A stretch of DNA of 64,000 nucleotides from positions 36,916 through 100,915 of IMG/VR virus record IMGVR_UViG_3300048575_000082; one strand, given 5' to 3'. This document shows, in pieces, positions 37,734-46,299 of this stretch. The position numbers and the translations under genes are program-made. The notes below the pieces were generated by a model, which was given only the letters and a program-made list of their open reading frames with translations, did not search any database and was not told the DNA's origin. Within the stretch, counting starts at the first letter, position 1; every line of letters starts with the position of its first letter. Source of the DNA: a virus.

Positions 37734-38258
37734 CTACAGCGACGTCTGAATCCCCAAGTAGAAGCGATTCAGCTCACTGGGGACCTGAGCGCAAATCCCC
37801 GTGAAAAAGCACGGGGCCTTGGGATTACCAGAAAGCGTAAGCTCGTCTTCATTCGTCCAGATGCCCCTTAGCGAAAAATACAAGGGGTCGTTCTCGGTAT
37901 AGATGATCTCCACAAGCGGCCCACCACCAATCCTGGACGCATAGGTGTAGCGCTCGTAGGTCGAGGTGGAGATGATGTTGTTGCCCAAGAAGATCGTGGC
38001 GTAGCGGTAGTGGGGCTGCTGCCGCGTCATGGCCGTGAAGTCGTCCCCGGGTTCGTCCGATCCCCATACGAGGAAGCCCCCATAACGACCGTCTGAATAG
38101 GTCACGACACGGATATCTTCACCGGCCGGGGGATCGACCCACATAACGCCCTGCCCACCGGGCCACCCCCCATCGACCATAGCTTGAGAGACCGCCACCG
38201 TGTAGGTGTCACCCTTGAACAACACGATCACGTCTCGGGAGCGAATGATCTCAGGCAT
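37734..38258 (-). CDS. Tandem paralog 3 (decoration-like)
   Basis: Start MPEIIRSRD, matching the other two paralogs. Confidence 0.65.
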   Translation of the reverse strand: MPEIIRSRDVIVLFKGDTYTVAVSQAMVDGGWPGGQGVMWVDPPAGEDIRVVTYSDGRYGGFLVWGSDEPGDDFTAMTRQQPHYRYATIFLGNNIISTSTYERYTYASRIGGGPLVEIIYTENDPLYFSLRGIWTNEDELTLSGNPKAPCFFTGICAQVPSELNRFYLGIQTSL

Positions 38259-38259
38259 G

Positions 38260-38781
38260 TCAAATGGCCGTTTGCAGCACGAGGTTGAAGTTGTTCGACG
38301 CCCTGGGCGCTTGGACGATGTAGGCGAGGTAGTACGTGTTGGGCGCTCGGGGATCCCCTGAAAGCGTCCATTCATCCTCGAGGGTCCAATAGCCTCGGAG
38401 GCTGAAAACCACACGTTTCCCTGCCGTGTAAGGGATCGGAATGAGAGGGCCTCCGCCCGTGCGTGAAGCGTAGGTGTACTTCTCGTAGGTTGAGGTGGAT
38501 AGCAGCCACCCTCCCATGCAAAAGACGGCGTGCCCGTAGGTCACCTGCTGACCCGTAAGAGCCGTGAACTTGTCGGATGGTTCGTCAGATCCCCACAAGA
38601 GGAATCCTCCGTACCGTCCATCCGAGTATGTGACCGTCAGCTCCCCAGTCGTTGAGGGTGCCCACATGACGCCTTGGCAGCCGGGCCATCCGCGCTGTAG
38701 CATTGCAGGAGCCAACGCCACCGGAAGGGCGTCACCCTTGAAAAACACGGTACAGTCGCGGGTTCGGATGATCTCAGGCAT
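38260..38781 (-). CDS. Tandem paralog 2 (decoration-like)
   Basis: GQGVMW, YSDGRYGGFLLWGSDE, YEKYTYASR.GGGPL, EDEWTLSGDPRAP. Confidence 0.65.
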   Translation of the reverse strand: MPEIIRTRDCTVFFKGDALPVALAPAMLQRGWPGCQGVMWAPSTTGELTVTYSDGRYGGFLLWGSDEPSDKFTALTGQQVTYGHAVFCMGGWLLSTSTYEKYTYASRTGGGPLIPIPYTAGKRVVFSLRGYWTLEDEWTLSGDPRAPNTYYLAYIVQAPRASNNFNLVLQTAI

Positions 38782-38784
38782 GGC

Positions 38785-39303
38785 TCAAATCGACGTTTGT
38801 ATGGTCATGTAGTGGTCGTTTTCAGCCGTTGGCGGCTGGCTCACAAAGCCGATGTAGTAGTTATTCGGTGCCCGTGGGTCTCCCGAAAGCGTCCATTCAT
38901 CCTCGCTGGTCCACAGCCCTCGGTTGGAGAACACAAGGCGGTCGGACCCGTGGTAGTCAATCTCAACAAGAGGGCCACCCCCCATGCGTGATGCGTAGGT
39001 GTAGCGCTCGAAGGAGTTCGTCACGATGAGCCACCCGCCCGATCCATTCGTTCCAAACCGATAGATGGCCTGGCTACGGGTCGAGGAGACGAGCTGATCA
39101 GACTCCTCATCGGAGCCCCACAGCATGAAACCCGCGTAGAGCCCGTCCGAGAACGTCACCATGAATTCATCGCGCGGGGATTCCGCCCACATGACGCCCT
39201 GTCCCCCACGCCACCCTCGGGCGGCCATCTCATCGCTCACGGCTACGGGGTAAGAGTCCCCTTTGAAAAGAGCGATGCAGTCACGCGTCCGGGGGACAAT
39301 CAT
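38785..39303 (-). CDS. Tandem paralog 1 (decoration-like)
   Basis: Same motifs as the two downstream ORFs. Confidence 0.65.
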   Translation of the reverse strand: MIVPRTRDCIALFKGDSYPVAVSDEMAARGWRGGQGVMWAESPRDEFMVTFSDGLYAGFMLWGSDEESDQLVSSTRSQAIYRFGTNGSGGWLIVTNSFERYTYASRMGGGPLVEIDYHGSDRLVFSNRGLWTSEDEWTLSGDPRAPNNYYIGFVSQPPTAENDHYMTIQTSI

Positions 39304-39554
39304 ACGTCCTCCTGATCAGAGGTCATACGCCCAGGCATTTGCCCCCAGGCGGTGACGATCTTCTCAAGCAACCCAATGGCGGTATTGCTTCCGTCCACGA
39401 GAGAGGCCCAAGACCCACCCATCTGACGGTAAACCACGCGCAAGGCTTGGTAGTCTGCTTTGCGCACAACCATACCCTCACCAAACAGGTGGTCGACGAG
39501 TTGCCGAATGATCCTATTGGCTAGCTGGTTCGGAGGGGCAGCAGGTGCATCCAT
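39300..39554 (-). CDS. Small hypothetical protein
   Basis: 84-aa ORF; ATGA overlap with the downstream gene. Confidence 0.45.
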   Translation of the reverse strand: MDAPAAPPNQLANRIIRQLVDHLFGEGMVVRKADYQALRVVYRQMGGSWASLVDGSNTAIGLLEKIVTAWGQMPGRMTSDQEDV

Positions 39555-39584
39555 GGTCTCTACAGGGGCGTTGTAGAAAAGGAT

Positions 39585-42500
39585 TCATCGCATACGCCCC
39601 GACATTCTCGACCGTGAGGCTCGAGGATTCCGATCCATCATAGCCCCGTGGGACCTCATCCGGGCCGATTGGTACGCCATCGTAGAAGCAGGAACGGCGG
39701 CGTGAGGGCGTACGTCTCCAACAACGCGCCCGTTGGCGGTGTACTTCTGATTGGACATGCGCTCATGCGTGAGCCAGATGGCGCGGATGAGCGCGTCGCT
39801 CTGGTCGTCATGGGCACCCGCGATCTTGGGAGCCTCGACAATGACGAGGTTACGTGAGACCTGCTGGGCTTGTAGCGAGAAAAGCTCCTCGATGAGGGGG
39901 GATTGCTTGGTCCCCTCCACCGGGATGGGGTAGTTGTAGAGGGACAAGCGCTCATCGAACATGAGCATCTTGGCCGTCTGGAACATCTTGCTCGATTGGT
40001 CCCGCGTGAAAAAGTCGCTTTGGAATTGGGTGAGCCCCCTCTTGTGAAGCGCCTGCTCCAAAGGGATGCCGTTCCAACGGTCAAAGAGACCGTCCGTGAT
40101 GTAGAATCGCTTGGTCAGCTCTTGGATCCAACCCGCGATCTCGTCGAAGTCGAGACGGTCAACGTTCTCGAGGGTCTTCGCATAGGGCACCAGCGGTTCA
40201 TGAAGGTGCGGATTGCTGGTCCGCCATGACACACCAGCGTACCAGATCTCATGATACGCCAGAACGACTCTGTCCCCAACAGCATAGGTGATGGCAATGG
40301 AGGTCCCGTCACCAACCAAACCAACGTCGACGCCCATCTGATATGGGTAGCGGAGCATCCCAAGATCCGTGGGACGCGCTTCGGGGTCGATACACGCCAG
40401 GAGGTCTTGTCGGCGCTCGATCCACCCCTTGAGGCTATCCGTGAAGTCCGCCCCGTGCTCCACCATGAATACGGCGGGGTCTTCGTGGTACTTGCGGCGA
40501 TAGTAGCTCGTCGCGATCGTCGGGTTGATTTCCCAGGTCGGGGCTTGGATAGCGAGAAGGTTCTCCGACCCCGGGCGGTTGTGCATGGCGTCGTCGTAAA
40601 GCTCGAAGAACTTGCCGCTCTTGCCCAAGGGGGACGAGATCAAGATGACGCGGGCGTCCGTGGGTGTCTTCGGCCCGTTGATGGGCATACCCGTATCTGG
40701 ATTCTTCGGCGAGAAGGCAGCGGTGGACGGTGTGACGGCGTCGTAGATGTCCTTGGCGGACGATTGCCCCTTGTCTTGGAAGTGCGCGGCCTCGTCAAGG
40801 ATGACCATCGCGTTACCGGACCCACGGAGGCCCTTGGCGATGCACGACTTGAAGGTGACGCGGAGGCTGGCCTTGCCGTTGAAGCTGACGAACTTGCCCT
40901 CTTGGGTCCGGGACGTAGGCCCGTACCGTTCGATCTCATAGGGGGTCCGGAAGTTGACGAGCTTCTGAGTGTTATTCGCGACGTATGGCTTGAAGTAATC
41001 ACACTTTGCCAGGTGGCTTGTCACCTCATTGTAGAGGAGTGACGCCTGATCCTGGTCGGTCGCGACGCTGATGATCTGGATACGGTTGCCGTTGGGTAGG
41101 CCGTAGTACCGTTGGGGATTGTGAAGGTTGAGGAGCCGGTAGATCTCGTAGGAGGCGAAGATCCCGCTGAGAGTCGTGTTGTGGTTCGTCAAACCATTGG
41201 CAACGAAGGACGCGCCGTCAGGCACCGTGAGGTCATATACCTGCCCCTCACCCTGCTCGACGCCAACCACGGGGTCGTAGAAGTAGTCAAGTCGTAGAAG
41301 CTCCTCGAAATGAGCAGTCTCCTCGGCCCCGGCACCAAGTTCGCGGGCTACTGTGAGCGTCTTGATGAGCCGGGGGTAGGTAAGGTCTTCTCCCTGGTTA
41401 GGCTTGCAAGCATTACCGAGAACCAACCTGAGCTTAGCTCTCCCCCACCCAAGCTCACCCCGTGCCGGGTTGCGTTTGGGGACGGACTCCAACCAGTCAC
41501 GGATGGCCCGGTGCTGATGTGGGATACTCTCTGTGTCCGACTTACCTTCCTGTGCGGCCTCCAAGGCAGCGAGCATAGGCAAACGCTTCTTGTCGGAGTC
41601 GAAACCCACCAAGGCTGCAAACTGCCGTCGAGACCGGACCCCCTTGACGGACAAGACCGCGTAATGCTTGCGTGTCTTCCTGTCCCACTTGCGGGAGACG
41701 TTCGACACAATGCCAAGGTTGAGTAGGAGGATCTGGACTTCATGGGCCAGCCGGAAACTCGCACTAGAAAGAGTGATGTGCCGCCCGCCACTCTCAGCAC
41801 ACCCGTCCGTTTCGAAGAGACCCCGCAAGAAGGCACACACCACGGGACGGGGCGAGCGTAGTACAGCCCAAGGCACCATCTTTTTGTCCCGTGCTGTTCC
41901 CTGTTGCCACCCAAGAGCGTCTAGGAATCGCCGTGCCCGGACGCTACACACCTCCAAACGGCCAGTGTTGGCGGTACGTTTGTCCATTTGCACACGCGGC
42001 TCCCCGAAGTGCTGTGACAGCAAACCCCGAAGGTGTTCCCACGTCTCTGGGTGTTCAACCGTGAGTGCAACGGCATGACCATCCCCCCAGGTGCCATCGC
42101 CCACGAGATAGCCCAAAAGGTTCCCCAAGGATTCGTTCAAGGTGGTGGGAAGCGTGATGCCCTTGTAACCGTCGCCATTGTGGTAGGGGCGTAAATCCAG
42201 GTAGTCAGAAGCCCACAGGTCTGTGTTCCGGTTGAGCGCCACGAAATCCCCGGGGCGGATCTCGTCTAAGTAGCGCCATTCGACGCGCCCAGATGGGGCC
42301 ATGACCTTGATCCGGTGGTTGGCCGTCCCGGAGAGGCTGTAACCGGAGTCGGTGCGAAGCATGAAAGTCGGCTTCAAGCCGCCGTTGTAGAAGGCGGTTG
42401 CGGTCGCACGCCTGCTCGCTTCCTGTCCGACCCCGATCTGGGCCGGAGAGAAGTCCTCCTCGGGCGCCGCGCCTAGCTCCTCAATGCGGAAGACGCCGTT

Positions 42501-42938
42501 CGAGGTGGGTACCAGAGTACCCTCTTCGACGCACTTGCCCGCGCGACGGCCGATGGCAAGGACGAGGTCCTTGCGCTCGTGATCCTGTTCCCCTATGTTA
42601 CACCGGCCCTCGTTGTGAAGGAACCGGAGGTACTCCGCCTCGCTGAAGCGATAGAGCACCTTGGTGTTGAACATGTCCGTGACGGTGATCGTCGGTTCGC
42701 CGGTATCAAGCGGGAGGAAGTAGTAGAGCTTGACCAGGAACCGCTGCGCCGGATAGAGGCGCATGTTGAGCCCCCACGGCTGCTCGATGTAGTCAAGAAT
42801 GCTGAAGATCTTGGGCTTGGTCGGGGCGGTTTCACCGCTTACGGCGGCGGCTATGTCAACTGCGACGAGGTCCCGCTTAATCTCTTGCCCGGCATTACGG
42901 ATGAGGGAGGTGATCCCTCCGGACTTCTTGGCAGCCAT
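39585..42938 (-). CDS. terL: Terminase large subunit containing an intein
   Basis: Walker A GRRAGK|T, Walker B VILDEAAHF, ISSP coupling motif, C-terminal nuclease GVDVG...HDDQSD. Confidence 0.88.
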   Translation of the reverse strand: MAAKKSGGITSLIRNAGQEIKRDLVAVDIAAAVSGETAPTKPKIFSILDYIEQPWGLNMRLYPAQRFLVKLYYFLPLDTGEPTITVTDMFNTKVLYRFSEAEYLRFLHNEGRCNIGEQDHERKDLVLAIGRRAGKCVEEGTLVPTSNGVFRIEELGAAPEEDFSPAQIGVGQEASRRATATAFYNGGLKPTFMLRTDSGYSLSGTANHRIKVMAPSGRVEWRYLDEIRPGDFVALNRNTDLWASDYLDLRPYHNGDGYKGITLPTTLNESLGNLLGYLVGDGTWGDGHAVALTVEHPETWEHLRGLLSQHFGEPRVQMDKRTANTGRLEVCSVRARRFLDALGWQQGTARDKKMVPWAVLRSPRPVVCAFLRGLFETDGCAESGGRHITLSSASFRLAHEVQILLLNLGIVSNVSRKWDRKTRKHYAVLSVKGVRSRRQFAALVGFDSDKKRLPMLAALEAAQEGKSDTESIPHQHRAIRDWLESVPKRNPARGELGWGRAKLRLVLGNACKPNQGEDLTYPRLIKTLTVARELGAGAEETAHFEELLRLDYFYDPVVGVEQGEGQVYDLTVPDGASFVANGLTNHNTTLSGIFASYEIYRLLNLHNPQRYYGLPNGNRIQIISVATDQDQASLLYNEVTSHLAKCDYFKPYVANNTQKLVNFRTPYEIERYGPTSRTQEGKFVSFNGKASLRVTFKSCIAKGLRGSGNAMVILDEAAHFQDKGQSSAKDIYDAVTPSTAAFSPKNPDTGMPINGPKTPTDARVILISSPLGKSGKFFELYDDAMHNRPGSENLLAIQAPTWEINPTIATSYYRRKYHEDPAVFMVEHGADFTDSLKGWIERRQDLLACIDPEARPTDLGMLRYPYQMGVDVGLVGDGTSIAITYAVGDRVVLAYHEIWYAGVSWRTSNPHLHEPLVPYAKTLENVDRLDFDEIAGWIQELTKRFYITDGLFDRWNGIPLEQALHKRGLTQFQSDFFTRDQSSKMFQTAKMLMFDERLSLYNYPIPVEGTKQSPLIEELFSLQAQQVSRNLVIVEAPKIAGAHDDQSDALIRAIWLTHERMSNQKYTANGRVVGDVRPHAAVPASTMAYQSARMRSHGAMMDRNPRASRSRMSGRMR
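41178..42533 (-). mobile_element. Intein with LAGLIDADG endonuclease (452 aa) in TerL
   Basis: GK|CVEEGTLV...LGYLVGDG...FLRGLFETDG...ANGLTNHN|T. Confidence 0.92.
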
Positions 42939-42941
42939 AGG

Positions 42942-43670
42942 TCACTTTCCGGCCATCTCTTCGGAGGCGCGATCCTCCCACCCGTCAAGAACGGTCTCCA
43001 GGCGATTGAAGAAGAGGTCACACTGCTCCGGGGTGAGGAGATCTTGAGCGACCTCCTTGAGGGACAAGATCCAGAAGGAGAAGACCCTCTGGAAGCGCTC
43101 ACCGTGGAGGTCCACCGCGTCTGCCCCGAGCTTCTTGAGTTCGAATTGAATCGACGCGATCTTGTTGAGGGTCTCAACACGGCGACTTGAGATCTGCGCC
43201 GTGTCTCGCCCATACTTCTCGTTTTCGATCCGTTGGAAGTGTAGGGCGGCAGACTCCTTCGCGACTTCGACGAGAAGGGCGCGGATAAGGGTGATGGCAT
43301 CCTTGCCCTTGGCGGCGAGAACGATCGGGTCGGCATCGATGAACTTCTGCTTCTCTGCGCTCATCGCGGCATGGTACTCAAGATCGCTCGTGGTCGGCAT
43401 ACGCTCGACCTTCCGAGGGCGGCCTCGACCACGCTTGACCACGAGGGGGTTCTTGCCGGTATTTGGGGCGGCGTGTACCGGCAAGAGCTGACGAACGTTG
43501 TCCGTAGGATCGTCTGTAGGCTCGTCCGAATCCTCAACGGTCTCGTCCTCTTCATCAGGCTCAACCGGATCGGGGTCAGCACCGCCAACGTCGGTCGGGT
43601 CCACTGGGGGATCGGCCGGGGGATTGTCGTCACGCGGGGTGTTGTCTTCAGGCATCTTTTCGGCGGACAT
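42942..43670 (-). CDS. AT-hook protein, candidate terminase small subunit
   Basis: GAGGAG RBS; acidic N-terminus; KRGRGRPRK; helical C-terminus; directly upstream of terL. Confidence 0.45.
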   Translation of the reverse strand: MSAEKMPEDNTPRDDNPPADPPVDPTDVGGADPDPVEPDEEDETVEDSDEPTDDPTDNVRQLLPVHAAPNTGKNPLVVKRGRGRPRKVERMPTTSDLEYHAAMSAEKQKFIDADPIVLAAKGKDAITLIRALLVEVAKESAALHFQRIENEKYGRDTAQISSRRVETLNKIASIQFELKKLGADAVDLHGERFQRVFSFWILSLKEVAQDLLTPEQCDLFFNRLETVLDGWEDRASEEMAGK

Positions 43671-43681
43671 GGTGACTCTCC

Positions 43682-44068
43682 TCACCCGACAGCCTTGGCA
43701 CCTCCCCCACCCTCGGTTCGAATGAGGTACTGGGAGAGGTTGCGTACGGCGTCATAACCTTTGTCTTTCGGGACTTGCTTATCGAGGGCCTTCTGCAAAT
43801 CGTGCCCCGTTTCCGCGAAGTTGCGGACGCCCATTTGGTTCGGGGTTCCAGCGAAGACGTCTTCAGGTCTAATGTCTCGGCGGTCCGGGGGCACGGTCTC
43901 TTCGAAGTGATCCTCAACGCTCCGTCCATGCTCGTGGACGATGTCGGGGGCAATGCCCCTGGGCTTGTTGATGGGGTGCGTGAGCTTCTTGGCCTCTTGA
44001 CGCGCACCGGGGGCTTGGTTCGCTTGGAACCTGGCAGCAACACGGAGGGCAATGAGGCGAAGATTCAC
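43682..44068 (-). CDS. Small protein with RVAARFQA tag
   Basis: GTG start overlapping the upstream TGA. Confidence 0.55.
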   Translation of the reverse strand: MNLRLIALRVAARFQANQAPGARQEAKKLTHPINKPRGIAPDIVHEHGRSVEDHFEETVPPDRRDIRPEDVFAGTPNQMGVRNFAETGHDLQKALDKQVPKDKGYDAVRNLSQYLIRTEGGGGAKAVG

Positions 44069-46299
44069 AGCTTGATCCCTTGGTTTCCGAATTCGATCGT
44101 CACGTCGATGGGCTTCTGAGGTTCATCGATAACCACCTCTGCCTCACGTTGCGACATCTCGAATTCTTGAAGCATAGCATGGCCGTTGTTTACAAGCCCA
44201 TCGTAACTGATCTCGGTAGCCGGACCAGATGACAGGATCGCCTTCTGCTGGGCAGCCTTGTCTGCATAGTAGGGCTCGCCCAAGGTCTTGTTGAGCTTCG
44301 AGCAGTATCCTGGCTTCGTTTGAAGGATACAGGAGGAGCACTTGGGGCCGGGCTTGACATTCGCCACCAAGCGGCTCCGGTGAAGGCGCATTGCCTCTTC
44401 ACAACCGTGGCCGTAGTCGGCGTAGATCGTGGGGTCGACGTAGTAGATCCCCTGGAGCCCTTGTTCAGCCAGGACCGGCTTGAGGTCGTCCTTGGCGGCG
44501 ATAAGGTCACGGGGATCGAATCGAGCAAGCATGGCCTCACGGAGCTGGTTCCCGTAGAGACCCTCGTTGATGTAACGGGAGGCTGTTCGGACGATCTCAC
44601 GCCGGGTGATGCCCGAGGTGACTTGCCCAACGGGCTGCCCATGGAAGGCCGTCTGGACGTTCAGACGTTCAGACGCTTGGACGCTTGAGGTCCGGTGTTG
44701 CTCGACCGCCGCATGGATAGTCCGTAGCGCAGCGGCTGGGGTCATTTGCATCGGAACCGAATAGACCGGGGAAAGGCGCCCTGCCGTCCGATGCTCTTGA
44801 ATGACGGTGGTGACCGTTTCCGGGGTGAGAATCTCAGAGGCGCTTTGGACCAGGGGCTTACCGTACAGGAGGCATCGTCCGATCTTGTTGTAGATGCAGC
44901 CTGAGCACTTGGCACCAGCAACCAAGACACGGATCCCCGGGTTGTGTCGAGCGAGGAAGTCCGCACCCTCACGGCAATCGCCGAAGCTCTCTTGAGAGGC
45001 ATACACGACGCCGAAAAGTCCTGCCTCACGGAAGACTGGCTCCCAGAGAGGCTTGGACTCTCCAAGGTCACGAACATCGAAAGCTAGGCGGAGGGCTGTG
45101 ACTAGCTCCTTCGGGCCACGTCCCTTGAGCATCTCCCGTCGCAGAAGGGCGATGACCGGGGCGGCACGGCGCTTTGCTGCGAGCTTGTCGGCTGCCTCTT
45201 GGGCCTTGGCGGCCTCTTGGGCTGCCTTCTCTACCCCGGCTTGGGCGGCTTCTGGGGTTGCAACGGCCGGGGGCGCCTGAATGCCTGCGCCGCGATAGAC
45301 GACCCGTTCAACCGGAACGCCCTCTTCCGCTGCCGTCTTGAGGGCTTGGACATGCTCAAGCGTTGTGGCGGCGGCGATCTCCTTGAAGAGACCTTGCGCG
45401 TCCGTCACCTTGAGGCGGCCTGACTTCAAGGAGGTGTCCACCGCTTCTCGAGCGGCCTGCTTCGGTGCCGTGAGGTCCACGGTTACGGCCAACGGAGCGG
45501 GCGTGGAAGCCTGACTCATGAGCCGTGCAGTATTCTCGATCGGCTTGGGCATAGCTGCCGGAGGCGCGATCTTGATAGCTGGGGCGAGGAAGGCTTCGCG
45601 GATACGCTCACGGGCGGTGAGGTTGGGCTGATCCTTGATGTCACGCCCCGCTGCTTTGAGACGGCTTGCGACCTTCTCTGCCAGGGCCTCGGTGTAGGGC
45701 AGCTCAATGACAAGCTGCTTGTGGAATTGGGAGCAGTGACTCTTACCGGCCACCTGTTGGGAGTGGGCACAATCGCGACAGGCTGCCTTGGCGAGCACAA
45801 AGGGAGCGTTGGAGGCGTGCTTGGTGACCAGCTCCAAGCCCTTACCACTTGCGCACCCCTGGAAGTCAGAGGCGTCCACGTAGAAACGCCCAAGGAGTCC
45901 GCGCTCCTCCATGGTGGCCAGGATCTCTTGTGAGGCTGCCGTCAAAGAGTCACGATCGAATCGCTTGACCAGGGCGTCTTCAACACGGGCGGGATCCGTG
46001 GTTTGAAGCAGGGCCAGCTTGACGACCCGGACGATCTCAGCAGGCTTAGCCCGGAGAGCCCCGTGTGTCTTGGAGAGGTCGCCCATTGTCCGTGGGACCG
46101 CCGCCTGATTTGGCTCGAGGTAAGAGGTAGCAGGCTTGTCCTCATGGCTCCACAGGGCTTCCAGATCGGGGGAGATCTGAAGGTTCTGCTCCGGAAGGCG
46201 ATCTTGTTTGCGGTATTCCTGCTCGTCGACATCTAGCCAATCGAGATTCGAAACCCCGCCTTCCTTCAGGAAGTTGTCCAAGTTGCCGAGGTCAGCCAT
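44065..46299 (-). CDS. Large protein with three copies of a Cys-rich domain
   Basis: Start MADLGNLD after an RBS; three ...RFD.RDL...GL.G..Y...C..G...C..C...C units. Confidence 0.6.
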   Translation of the reverse strand: MADLGNLDNFLKEGGVSNLDWLDVDEQEYRKQDRLPEQNLQISPDLEALWSHEDKPATSYLEPNQAAVPRTMGDLSKTHGALRAKPAEIVRVVKLALLQTTDPARVEDALVKRFDRDSLTAASQEILATMEERGLLGRFYVDASDFQGCASGKGLELVTKHASNAPFVLAKAACRDCAHSQQVAGKSHCSQFHKQLVIELPYTEALAEKVASRLKAAGRDIKDQPNLTARERIREAFLAPAIKIAPPAAMPKPIENTARLMSQASTPAPLAVTVDLTAPKQAAREAVDTSLKSGRLKVTDAQGLFKEIAAATTLEHVQALKTAAEEGVPVERVVYRGAGIQAPPAVATPEAAQAGVEKAAQEAAKAQEAADKLAAKRRAAPVIALLRREMLKGRGPKELVTALRLAFDVRDLGESKPLWEPVFREAGLFGVVYASQESFGDCREGADFLARHNPGIRVLVAGAKCSGCIYNKIGRCLLYGKPLVQSASEILTPETVTTVIQEHRTAGRLSPVYSVPMQMTPAAALRTIHAAVEQHRTSSVQASERLNVQTAFHGQPVGQVTSGITRREIVRTASRYINEGLYGNQLREAMLARFDPRDLIAAKDDLKPVLAEQGLQGIYYVDPTIYADYGHGCEEAMRLHRSRLVANVKPGPKCSSCILQTKPGYCSKLNKTLGEPYYADKAAQQKAILSSGPATEISYDGLVNNGHAMLQEFEMSQREAEVVIDEPQKPIDVTIEFGNQGIKL

